A stretch of 64,000 bases of DNA from positions 384,001 through 448,000 of the forward strand of contig CAWCKY010000002.1 in assembly GCA_963796275.1 (NCBI GenBank). Reading direction: 5' to 3'. Numbering within the stretch: position 1 is the first letter of the stretch; every line of letters starts with the position of its first letter. Positions 41,870-51,704 of the stretch are shown one piece after another. The notes beneath the pieces are model-generated. The model was given only the letters and a program-made list of their open reading frames with translations, did not search any database and had not been told where the DNA came from. The translations under genes were made by a program, and so were the position numbers. Source of the stretch: an uncultured Acidobacteriota bacterium (GTDB lineage: Bacteria; Acidobacteriota; Blastocatellia; RBC074).

Positions 41870-44785
41870 TCAATTTAAATATAACAGCTCATTCGCATTC
41901 AGCAGCGCGCGCATAAATGCCCGCCAGCCGTATTCGGCGATTAACGCCGAAGCCGCCCGCTCCTCCTCCGCCGTCGGCGGGCGTTGAAAAACGAGCGCGA
42001 ACGCACGGCGTGCCTGCGCGATTTCATTCCGCGTTGCTTCGCGTTTCACGCGCTCAACCAGCGCGTCCGCCATCACAAGCGTGAACGCGTGATTGAGCAT
42101 AGTCAAAGCCTGTAATGGTGAGGTCGTGTGGATACGGTTGGGCGCTGCCGAAGCGTTGTCAGGCAAATCGAAATCGGTCAACCCATCTATCAGCGAGGAG
42201 CGGGCGTTCTGATGATAGACTGCGCGCCGGTAAGTTTCAGGCCCGTGCTGATCGAGCGGGACGAAGGTCGCTACATTGTCTTCAAGATAACGGTAGAGCC
42301 GGAAGCCTGGGCCGCCCATCCGCAAATCCAGCTTGCCGCTTACGGCGAGCAGCGTGTCGCGAATCTCCTCTGCATCAAGCCTTCGCGGCGGGAATCGCCA
42401 CAGCAGGCGAGCGCCGCCGTCGGCCTGCGCCTCGGATTCGCGATAGTCGCTACTCTGCCGGTACGTTTGCGAGAGCAGAATCTCGCGGTGCAGCGCTTTC
42501 AACCGCCAACCATGCGATAACAACCGTCGCGTAAGCCAATCGAGCAACTCGGGATGAGTGGGTTTACCGCCCAGGTAGCCGAAATCGCTGGGAGTGTCTA
42601 CCAGTCCTGTCCCAAAGTGATAATGCCAGATCCGGTTAGCCAGCACGCGCGCGGTCAGCGGGTTTTCATCGCTGGCGATCCATTGCGCCAACGCTAACCG
42701 GCGCTCACCTTCCGGCGCGGTGGGAGGCAAGTCAAACGGCTTCAATGCGCGTTCCAGGACAGCCAGACTGGAAGGCGTCACCTCCGCTCCGCGGCGTAAC
42801 GGATCGCCGCCTTTTTGCACGTAGGTGATCTCCTTCGGCTGTTCGAATTTACCCGCCCAAACGAGCGGAAGAGGTGAAATGGCTTGCAGCCCGCGGTTGA
42901 TCTGCGCCAATTCCTCGTCGAGCGTCTTCAGCGTTTGCCGCTCCGCATCCGTAATTACCGCGCGCGAAAACCGCTCGATCAAATGCGCCTCGTTGAGCGG
43001 CGGGCGCTCCGTGGAGTCCGCGACCGGTCTCCACCTTTTGCCGTCCAGCGAGATCGACACCTCATATTCGGCGACGAAGGGCCCCAGCCCAGCGCCCGGG
43101 TCATTCGGAGAAGCCGTGCGGTCATGCGAAAAGAGTATGCGCTCGATGGTTTCGACCTGCGGAAACGTCAAGATGAGCTCCGCCGGATTGCCCACAAACC
43201 AGCGCTCACCGAATTTTCCATCATTTACCAACTCAACGCCGTATGCGTCCGCGCCTGCGAGATCTTCTGCGCGTCGAGCTGTCACGCCAGTCGCCCTGGC
43301 GCCGGAGCTCGCCAGCGCGATGTTTCGTCCCGCCGGCGAGAAGACTTCAAATTCATCCAGGCGCGCATTGACGGCAGACTTCGGATTCTCTGAATGCGCA
43401 AGCATTTTGAATTTCAAATAGCGCGCGGGGACCGGCGTAAAGCGGTGCTCATTGAAATGGCGCGTGACTTTCGCCAGTGGATAGCTGGTGAACTGCGCCG
43501 CCTTCTCTTTCGCACGCCGGGCGATGCTTTTCTCCAACTCTGTCTTCTCTCGCGCCAGCTCGGTGCGGCGCGATTCGAGCGGGCGCGCGGCTGCGGCGTA
43601 CCGCTCTTTCGCCGCCGGGGGCGCCACCACGCGATCACCGTGCGTTACGCCTTCGAATGCTGCGCGCATTCGATAGTAATCCTCGGTGGGAATCGGATCG
43701 AATTTGTGGTGATGGCAACGCGCGCAATTCACAGTCAGGCCGAGGAAAGCGTTGCTGGTCGCTGTAATCATATCGTCGAGCGTGTTGGCGCGAATGATCT
43801 GCTTCTGTGCTTCATCCTGATTGCCGACCGTATCGTAAGGCCCGCAAACCAGGAACGCCGTGCCGACCTCCACCGCCGGATCGCCTCTCCCGATCACGTC
43901 CCCAGCCAGCTGTTCGATGATGAAACGGTTGAACGGCTTGTCGTCATTGAAAGAACGAATAGCATAATCACGGTACGGCCAGAGATTGTTGATGATGTGA
44001 TTCTGCTCGAACCCTTTGCTCTCGCCATAACGCGCTACGTCCAGCCAGTGCCTCCCCCACTGTTCGCCATAACGCGGCGAGGCCAACAAACGATCGATGA
44101 GTTTCTCATACGCTTGCGGGTCTTTGTCGCTAACGAACGCTTCGACCTCCTCGGGTGATGGCGGCAGGCCGGTCAAATCGTAGCTCACCCTGCGAATCAG
44201 CGCGCGGCGATCCGCCGGAGGATTCGGCCGCAGATTGCGTTCGGCAAGCTTCGCGAAAATGAATCGATCTATGGGCGAGTTCGCCCAATTATCCGGGATG
44301 CCTTTGGGCATCGGCGGTTCCGTTTTCGCTATCGGTTGTATCGACCACCAATCTTTTTCGGCGCGCCTGGCTTCCGCGGTCGTCTTATCATCAGGCCAGT
44401 ATGCGCCGGCGTCGATCCACGTCTTGAGCAACGAGATCTCGCGGGGCGTCAGGCGATCGCCTGTTGGCGGCATCATCTCGGTTTTATCGCTGCTAGTTAC
44501 ACGTCGAATGAGTTCGCTGGCCCCGCTATTTCCGGGAACGATCACGACGCCGCCCGCGCCGCCTTTCAGCGCGCCGGCTTTGTGATCCAGCCGCAAGCCG
44601 GACTTCTGTTTATCAGAGCCGTGGCATTCGATACAACGGTTATGCAGCAGAGGGCGGATATCCCGCTCGAAATCTACCTGGCGGTTGCTGCTGGATGCCC
44701 TGGACGCCTGTTCACCAAATGCCCACCAGCTGAATGCCAGAGCAGCTGACGCGCACAGCAATCTGATTGTGTTTCGGCTTCTCAT
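41870..44785 (-). CDS. PSD1/DUF1549/DUF1553 planctomycete cytochrome c protein with discoidin-like insert
   Basis: CIECH...MPP, DLTGLPP, YGEQWGRHWLD, CARCHHHKFDPI, PTHPELLDWL, PLQAL. Confidence 0.9.
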   Translation of the reverse strand: MRSRNTIRLLCASAALAFSWWAFGEQASRASSSNRQVDFERDIRPLLHNRCIECHGSDKQKSGLRLDHKAGALKGGAGGVVIVPGNSGASELIRRVTSSDKTEMMPPTGDRLTPREISLLKTWIDAGAYWPDDKTTAEARRAEKDWWSIQPIAKTEPPMPKGIPDNWANSPIDRFIFAKLAERNLRPNPPADRRALIRRVSYDLTGLPPSPEEVEAFVSDKDPQAYEKLIDRLLASPRYGEQWGRHWLDVARYGESKGFEQNHIINNLWPYRDYAIRSFNDDKPFNRFIIEQLAGDVIGRGDPAVEVGTAFLVCGPYDTVGNQDEAQKQIIRANTLDDMITATSNAFLGLTVNCARCHHHKFDPIPTEDYYRMRAAFEGVTHGDRVVAPPAAKERYAAAARPLESRRTELAREKTELEKSIARRAKEKAAQFTSYPLAKVTRHFNEHRFTPVPARYLKFKMLAHSENPKSAVNARLDEFEVFSPAGRNIALASSGARATGVTARRAEDLAGADAYGVELVNDGKFGERWFVGNPAELILTFPQVETIERILFSHDRTASPNDPGAGLGPFVAEYEVSISLDGKRWRPVADSTERPPLNEAHLIERFSRAVITDAERQTLKTLDEELAQINRGLQAISPLPLVWAGKFEQPKEITYVQKGGDPLRRGAEVTPSSLAVLERALKPFDLPPTAPEGERRLALAQWIASDENPLTARVLANRIWHYHFGTGLVDTPSDFGYLGGKPTHPELLDWLTRRLLSHGWRLKALHREILLSQTYRQSSDYRESEAQADGGARLLWRFPPRRLDAEEIRDTLLAVSGKLDLRMGGPGFRLYRYLEDNVATFVPLDQHGPETYRRAVYHQNARSSLIDGLTDFDLPDNASAAPNRIHTTSPLQALTMLNHAFTLVMADALVERVKREATRNEIAQARRAFALVFQRPPTAEEERAASALIAEYGWRAFMRALLNANELLYLN

Positions 44786-44823
44786 CTAATCTGGCTCCTG
44801 TTTTGTGATCCATCGAGAGCGCA

Positions 44824-46008
44824 TCAGCGCCCGATCCCCTGTCGCATTACGCGCAAGAAATTGCCCCCCAGTATCTTCTTCACATCGCCTTCGCTATAAC
44901 CGCGCTGAAGCAGCATCGCCGTCAGGGCTGGCATCTTCGATACATCCTCCAGCCCAGAGGGCACTGTGCTGATACCGTCCCAATCGCTGCCGATGCCGAC
45001 GTGATCTGCGCCGACGAGTTTGACGACGTGGTCGATGTGCGCGACCGCGTCCTCGATCGTCGCCAGGTTCGGTTTCATTACGCTGTAGGTGTCGAGATAA
45101 TCTTTCGCCGCGAATTGATCGAGAGCGCTGCCCGTAAGGTTCGGTTCGACAGCGGCTCGTGCGGCGAAACCGCGACGACTCGCCTCGACCTCTTTCTGGC
45201 TGAGAAAACTCGCGCCGAAGTTGATCCCGATCACGCCGCCGTTTTTCGCCAGCGCAAGGATCATCTCATCTGTCATATTGCGCGGCACGTCGACAAGAGC
45301 GCGGCAGCTCGAGTGCGAGGCGATGACCGGCTTCGTCGTGACCGCCAGCGTGTCATAGAAGGTTTTGTCCGAGACGTGCGAGATGTCCACGATCATACCG
45401 ATGCGGTTCATCTCGCGCACCACTTCCCTGCCGAATTCGCTCAGGCCATTATGCTGCGGTTTATCGGTGGATGAATCGGCCCAATTGGTGTTGCGGAAAT
45501 GCGTGAGCGTCATAGAGCGCACTCCCAGGCGGTGATACATACGCAGCGCGGCCAGATCGTCGGCAATCGCGTGGCCGCTCTCGATCGTCAACACGGCGGA
45601 GATTTTTCCGGCTTTGACGATGCGTTCGACATCACCGGCAGTCAGAGCCAGCTCGATTTGATCGGGATGCTCGTCGAGGACACGCTGCATAGCGTCGCGT
45701 AGTTGTAACGTGCGCCGCACGGCCTCTGAGCCTTTGTAATAGGTCGGGACGTAGAGAGCGAAGAAGGGAGCTCGCATCCCGGACTCCCGCAGGCGCGGCA
45801 GATCGACGTGTCCCCCGGCGGTGCGCTTTGAGATGTCTTCGCCGCCATTCAACGTGCGTTGGATGGTGTCAATGTGGCTGTCGACGCCGAGCGCTTCGGC
45901 GTGGATGCGACGGGCGCGGGCCAAATCCTGACTCCTCTCCGCCGGTGCATCGGATGGCGCCATAGACAAGACCGCGGACATCATGAAAATAATGAATATA
46001 TTTCTCAT
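44824..46008 (-). CDS. Membrane dipeptidase (M19)
   Basis: DSHID, IESG, LTH, VDISH, ASHS, RN, GIGSDWDG, ILGGNFLRV; signal peptide. Confidence 0.9.
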   Translation of the reverse strand: MRNIFIIFMMSAVLSMAPSDAPAERSQDLARARRIHAEALGVDSHIDTIQRTLNGGEDISKRTAGGHVDLPRLRESGMRAPFFALYVPTYYKGSEAVRRTLQLRDAMQRVLDEHPDQIELALTAGDVERIVKAGKISAVLTIESGHAIADDLAALRMYHRLGVRSMTLTHFRNTNWADSSTDKPQHNGLSEFGREVVREMNRIGMIVDISHVSDKTFYDTLAVTTKPVIASHSSCRALVDVPRNMTDEMILALAKNGGVIGINFGASFLSQKEVEASRRGFAARAAVEPNLTGSALDQFAAKDYLDTYSVMKPNLATIEDAVAHIDHVVKLVGADHVGIGSDWDGISTVPSGLEDVSKMPALTAMLLQRGYSEGDVKKILGGNFLRVMRQGIGR

Positions 46009-46341
46009 AAAGACCGACGGAACCTTATGGTCTGCGCGGAAACCAGGGCGCGACCATTGTTTAACGGCGATGATCAGTGGATGCCGTGTGAAAACGACAT
46101 AGGAGTTCCAGATACCGCCCCGTTATGCACCAAATGCATGGCAAAGACAAGGGCTTCCGTTTTCTGGCTGTGTGGATTTTAGCTAATGAAAACAACGTGG
46201 TACTTGCAATCCAACCTCGAGTGGTAGAAGCTTGGGAAAGTTTCTTATCTATCGTTTCCTTCTGGTTTGGTTTCAGCATCCATGTCAGTCGCGCCTTTAG
46301 GGTTGTTAGTTCACAGTACATTTTGTGAGGAGGAAAATCAG

Positions 46342-47580
46342 ATGCTCAATCGTCGCGGTTTTCTCAAGAGTTCGTTGTTAGGACTGGCGGGCGCGAGTCT
46401 GAGCGCATCGCACAATGGGGCATTGAACGCAGCCGTGCCAAAGATGAAGATCACGCGAGTTCGCTTTTACGAATCCCCGATCAGCCGTCCGATGGTCAAT
46501 CAGAGCTTCCACATCGTCACGGTCGAAACAGATCAAGGTCTTACCGGCATCGGCGAAGGCGGCTATTTGGACGGCGTGCGCGAGTGCGCCGAGACGCTGA
46601 TCGGCGAAGATCCTGCCAACATTGATCGCTGCTGGCAGTTGATGTTTCGCGGACGGTTCTATCCGGCGGGGCGGGAAAAGCTCCACTCAATGGGTGCAAT
46701 AGATCTGGCTTTGTGGGACATCAAGGGCAAGGCGCTCGGCGTACCGGTCTACGAGCTGCTCGGCGGCAAATCGCGAGACTACATCGAATGCTATTCCACC
46801 GGCTTCGTTCCCAGCAAAGGCAATTTGAAAGAGACCGCGAAGGCCACCATTGAAGAGGGCTTTCGGGCATTCCGCACTTCTGTGTCTGAACTCAGCGGCG
46901 GCGATCCGACATTCAACTCGCAGCGAATGGTGAGAAAGACGCACGAAAACTGTATTGCTATCCGTGAGGCGATTGGGCCGGACGCCGACTGGTGCATCGA
47001 CTATCACACGCGGTTGGATTTCCCAGACGCTGTACGGTTGAGCACACTGCTGGAATCGCTGGAGCCGTATTTCTGCGAAGACCTGGTGCGGTCGGAAAAC
47101 CCCGGCGTCTATCGCCAGCTTCGCCCGCAGGTCAAAGTGCCCATCGCCGTCGGCGAACAGTTCGGCACGCGCTGGGAGATCAATGAACTGATCGAGGGGC
47201 GCCTGATCGATTATAACCGCGTCACCATCCCTAACTGCGGCGGCATCACCGAATACGCCAAACTCGCCGCCCTGTGCGAAACGCATTACGTCGGTTTGAC
47301 GCCGCACTTCACCGGCCCGGTCTCGGAAGCCGCTCTGGTTCACGCCTGCGCGGCCTTCTCTGGACCAGTTATGATGGAATTGGCCGGGACATACAAACTC
47401 GACATCCCTTACTTGCCGCGCCATTTCGATTATCGCAACGGCAAGCTGTGGCCGAATGATCGTCCGGGACTGGGCGTCGAATTCGACTCTACCAAGTTGA
47501 AACTGATGGCGGAGTTCACGACGCCCAACCAGCCGCTCAAACTGTTCCGCCGTCCCGACGGATCACTTACGAACTGGTAG
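46342..47580 (+). CDS. Enolase-superfamily acid-sugar dehydratase (ManD/RspA-like) with Tat signal
   Basis: NRRGFL; DLALWDIKGK...PVYELLGG; metal-ligand motifs DYH, ED, GE; C-terminal RRPDGSLTNW. Confidence 0.82.
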   Translation: MLNRRGFLKSSLLGLAGASLSASHNGALNAAVPKMKITRVRFYESPISRPMVNQSFHIVTVETDQGLTGIGEGGYLDGVRECAETLIGEDPANIDRCWQLMFRGRFYPAGREKLHSMGAIDLALWDIKGKALGVPVYELLGGKSRDYIECYSTGFVPSKGNLKETAKATIEEGFRAFRTSVSELSGGDPTFNSQRMVRKTHENCIAIREAIGPDADWCIDYHTRLDFPDAVRLSTLLESLEPYFCEDLVRSENPGVYRQLRPQVKVPIAVGEQFGTRWEINELIEGRLIDYNRVTIPNCGGITEYAKLAALCETHYVGLTPHFTGPVSEAALVHACAAFSGPVMMELAGTYKLDIPYLPRHFDYRNGKLWPNDRPGLGVEFDSTKLKLMAEFTTPNQPLKLFRRPDGSLTNW

Positions 47581-47687
47581 TCGAGGTAATTATCTGGAGG
47601 GCAGTCGGGCTATTAATATTGTTCACCAAACTGCGAATTTCCTGGGAAACTCGCAGTTGCGATTCTGTGTACCGCCGCGTTTGGTTG

Positions 47688-47730
47688 GCGGAGCCCATGG
47701 AGTGCGGTAGCTCGCTCGCTACCGCTTTGG
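47688..47730. repeat. Second copy of the TGGAGTGCGG REP-like element
   Basis: GCGGAGCCCATGGAGTGCGGTAGC-tcgctc-GCTACCGC; matches 4393-4416 at most positions. Confidence 0.65.
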
Positions 47731-47841
47731 TAGTGCATTGCTCAATTGACTCGCTAAGGGACAACTGAGCAATTCTCAATCTTCGGTCACTGTGGCAGGC
47801 CACCAAGTGGGTTTCAGCTACAGCCTGAGTCAAGGAATTGA

Positions 47842-49005
47842 CTACGTGAACCCTGTGGCAATCCTTCCGCGATGTTTTGATTCCCCAAATTGCTGGGCGG
47901 GCTCAGTTGTAAGAGAAGCGAGAATCTGGCGAAAATTCATTCCTGCATCGGCCATCAGCACATATTCATCGCTCGGATCATAATCACTCACATAGCCGGT
48001 ATCCGTCCCGAACAAAACCACCCCTCCCGACGCATTCCGCAACTGACCAATAGCGGTCCCAACAAACCGATCGCGAACCGATGTACGCTCGTGCCGCAGC
48101 TCGTACTTCCACAGTTTCAGCGTTGGTATGAGGGAGACTCCTCCCTGCCTCATCGTCGACAGTACAGCTTCATCCCATGGACCCGACCCCGGTGTTGTGT
48201 GCACCAACACATCGAATCCACTTCGGACCGCGGTCAGTAATGCCTCGCGGTTCGTCGGATGAGCGAAAACAGGTTTTCCTTGACGGTGAGCTTCATTAAC
48301 GGCGGCTTGCATGGCGCTCTCGGGAAGAGCGACAAATGGGGGATACCAGGTTGCCGCATAAAGCTTGATCCCATCCGCGCCCCCATCGAGAAGCCTCTTC
48401 GAAGCGGCCAGCGCTTCCGCAGCATCTGCTACCTCGGGAGACTGGACCCTCATCGCCCCGACGACATCCAAAATCTCCGGTTTCCACGAACCACCCTTCG
48501 GAAATAATATCTCGCCAGTCGAGCGGATTTTCGGACCTGGTATTTCGCCTGACTCGATGCGGTCGCGCATCCGTCGCGTGTTCTCCCACATCGATCCTGT
48601 ATCGAATACGCTCGTAAATCCATACCGCGTGAGCATCGCCTGAAGCTGTTCAGTGAACTCGGCCGCCGGAATATTGGCCGCATCTGCCCATTTCCTCTCA
48701 GTGAAGTTGACATGGCTGTTCCAAAAACCTGCGGTGATCGTCAGCCCGGTACAGTCGATGGTCTGGGTGCCCTGGGGTATCTTTAGCGACTCGATGCTCC
48801 CCACCGCAGCGATCTTGCCGTCTCGGATGAGAATCGCACCGTCCCGCATCGGCTCCTCCGTCGGGCCGACGTAAACCGTGCCGCCGACGAGAGCCAACTG
48901 CCGCTTCGTGATCAACCTAGATTGTCCGAGGAGTATGCTGCAAAAGTAGGCCAGGAGAACTACCACCCCGAGACCGAGAAAGAGTATTGAAAGTCTGGGA
49001 CGCAT
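47842..49005 (-). pseudogene. Imidazolonepropionase-like amidohydrolase, apparently 3'-truncated
   Basis: GFWNSHVN, GIKLY, FAHP, LVHT, LFGTD; stops at RGRIATGFT* before the usual ADLVV...DP strand. Confidence 0.55.
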
Positions 49006-49294
49006 AATATTGATACGGTGCAAGCCGGCATTTGTTCCCGGGGTAGCAGACAGACGGATCATTGCAATTTCTCTTTGGTATATCTCCCCAGGGCGACTCC
49101 TGGATGATTCTCGGTCAAAGTGCGCTGCCTTCTTTTATGTACGTGATCTTCTTCAGTCTGCTGTGAAACTCCTTCCGAAGAGCGAGCCTGACGAACCATC
49201 GATTCATTGAACGTCAGGGTTTATGGAATTCGTGCCCAATGGCCAAAGTGGAACCCTCATCTATTGCACTCCCATATGAGATGTGCCAGGCTTA

Positions 49295-49405
49295 TATTGG
49301 AACCTAATAGGAGGTATCGCTGCAATGTAGAAGAAAGATGGACAGGGGGACTCTCGCCCTCATCGTGCTGCGGACACTAGAAATGGCCGCCTGGAATGGC
49401 TTCTT
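49295..49405 (+). pseudogene. Decayed acidobacterial-type padR with operator and RBS
   Basis: TATTGGAACCTAATA palindrome, AGGAGG, then ATG(49325)-TAG-KKDGQG, one extra G, then TLALIVLRTLEM (the QGTLxLxVLxTL motif). Confidence 0.55.
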
Positions 49406-49426
49406 AAGCGGCCGACATCGGGGCGC

Positions 49427-51319
49427 TCACAGCCCGATATCTCGGACAAGTTTTGAGAATCTCAAATCTGAACGAAGACTATCCCAGAATGGATCGATTT
49501 TAAGGAACATCAGCCGGTCGTCCCGTTCATCATAGGCTTGTTGCAGCGAGGCGAATGCCTGATCTTTATCTCCGAGGGCGCTGTAAATAGTGGCGAAATG
49601 ATAAGGCATTACATAACGTCGCCCGGATAGCTCTTTCAAGTGTTCCAATATCTTCCGTGCTTCGGCCTGCCTTCCGGAGATTGCGTATGTGCGTCCAAGC
49701 GGCCCCAGACAATGGGTGTAATCCGATCTCAGTTTGAGCGCTTCCTGAAAGGCCGCAATCGCTTCCCCATACTTTCCTTTTTGCTCATATGACCTCCCGA
49801 GAAATTCGTATGCTTGAATGAATCGCGGATCCATCTCCAGAGTCCTACCCGATTGTTCAATAGCTTGGTCGAAGCGGCGAGCGAAGTAGTTCATAATTGC
49901 CACATTCACGCCAGTCGCGAGTGAGAGCGGGTCGATCTCCTGCGCCCTTTTCACTTCGGCGATAGCATCGTCGAACCTTTCCGCGATGACGAGAGAGAAC
50001 GCAGCATACCATTGATGTGCCCCGGCATAGCCGGGATTCAGATCGAGAGCTCGTTTGAAATCCCTTTCAGCGCCCGCCCAATCCCAGTCGTACCGCGCTC
50101 TAGCAATAGCGAGCACAGTATGAGCTTCGGCCAGTTGATCATCGATTTCCAGCGCTTTAATCGCGGCAGCCTTCGCTTTCGGATAGGTCTCCTTCGGCGG
50201 CAGTAGACCGTAACCGCCAAGTAAGTGATGGCAATCGGCCAACCCGGCATAAGCGAGGGCATATTTGTGGTCTTTATTAACCGCCTGCTGGAAATATTCG
50301 ATGGCCTTGTGAAAACCCTCCTCGGTTCTTTTATCCATGAAAAACCGGCCTTTGACGTACGCCTGATAGGCCTCGGTATTCTCGGTGTAATGTTTCGCGA
50401 GCCTGTTCCGCTCCGCGCCAGTCAGTTCCGGCGCAAGGGCCTTAGCTATCTTTTCCGAGATGGAGTCCTGAGCGGTGAAGACATCGGTAAAATGCTCATC
50501 GTAATGATCTGACCAGAGCGACGATCCATCTCTGGTGTTGATGAGACGTGCAGTGACACGCACTTTATCGCCATCTCGATGCAGGCTCCCCTCAAGCACA
50601 GCATCGACTCGTTGTTCTCGCCCTGCCGCTACCGGGTCTTGATCGAGCGATGAGTATCTACGGATCGCGCCGGTTGGTCTGACTATGATCCGTCTCAGAT
50701 TGCTGAGCCTGGTGATCAAAGTATCCGCCATCCCAAGCTCAAATGCCTCATCGCGATGATTCGCTACCAGTGGTTTGAACGGGAGCACGGCAATTGTCCT
50801 CGGAATTTCAGTAACCGGCTGGACGGTTTTCCAGGGCTTCCACCAGAAGACGAGAACCAGTGCCAGTACTGTCGATACAAGCCCTATCACCAAAACAACG
50901 TCTTTGCGATCGACGCCTCGATCAGAAGGCTCTTCTCTCCCCTCTACCAGTATAGTGTCCGGCGTCCCTGCATTTTTACTGGGAGCATCGGAGATTTCAG
51001 CGATGAAACGGTAGCCTCGTTTAGGTACAGTCTCGATGTAGCTCGGGGCATCCGCATTGTCGCCGATCACTTGACGTATCTCTTTGATCGCTCGCGACAA
51101 GGCGTTGTCGCTGACGAAGGAATCTTTCCAGACCTGTTCGAATAGCTCTTGCTTATCGACGACGCGCTCACGGTGTTCTATCAGATAGTTGAGCACCTCA
51201 AAGGCGCGCGGAGTGATTTTCTTCGACTCCCCAGCTTTCACCAGACAATAGCGATCGAACTCCACCACCACATCAGCAAAGCGGTAAGTGCGAAGACCGA
51301 TTTCATCGCCATTTTTCAC
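49427..51319 (-). CDS. CadC-like winged-helix / TM / TolB-like / TPR regulator
   Basis: VWKDSFVSDNAL...YIETVPKRGYRF, TM helix, IAVLPF, TPRs, terminal LKIDPFWDSLRSDLRF; GTG start after AGGAG. Confidence 0.88.
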   Translation of the reverse strand: MKNGDEIGLRTYRFADVVVEFDRYCLVKAGESKKITPRAFEVLNYLIEHRERVVDKQELFEQVWKDSFVSDNALSRAIKEIRQVIGDNADAPSYIETVPKRGYRFIAEISDAPSKNAGTPDTILVEGREEPSDRGVDRKDVVLVIGLVSTVLALVLVFWWKPWKTVQPVTEIPRTIAVLPFKPLVANHRDEAFELGMADTLITRLSNLRRIIVRPTGAIRRYSSLDQDPVAAGREQRVDAVLEGSLHRDGDKVRVTARLINTRDGSSLWSDHYDEHFTDVFTAQDSISEKIAKALAPELTGAERNRLAKHYTENTEAYQAYVKGRFFMDKRTEEGFHKAIEYFQQAVNKDHKYALAYAGLADCHHLLGGYGLLPPKETYPKAKAAAIKALEIDDQLAEAHTVLAIARARYDWDWAGAERDFKRALDLNPGYAGAHQWYAAFSLVIAERFDDAIAEVKRAQEIDPLSLATGVNVAIMNYFARRFDQAIEQSGRTLEMDPRFIQAYEFLGRSYEQKGKYGEAIAAFQEALKLRSDYTHCLGPLGRTYAISGRQAEARKILEHLKELSGRRYVMPYHFATIYSALGDKDQAFASLQQAYDERDDRLMFLKIDPFWDSLRSDLRFSKLVRDIGL

Positions 51320-51704
51320 AATGAATGTATCTCCTACGCAAAGACAGGAATTACAGAATCGATGCAAATCCAGAAAAATTCCGTAAATCTTTATCTATTC
51401 CATCATTTTAGGTCGTGACGACATGAAGGACTCCTCAAGGATGGAGGCTGCGGTCACAAAAAAATCACATCCCGGTCAGTATTTCGTCATTACGAGAAAC
51501 CGAACTGTGATTATAGTCCGAGATCGTGAGACAACAAATGATCACTGCGAAACTAAGCGGCCCTAGCCAACTACCTGGCTGTATAGCCCATATACAGATA
51601 TGGACAGGTGAACCGATGTTTTATAGCAACTTTCGTCGATTTCCAGACCTTCTTTCGGCCTTCTTTCGTTACTCGGTGATCAATAAAGTAATAAGGAGGA
51701 AAAT

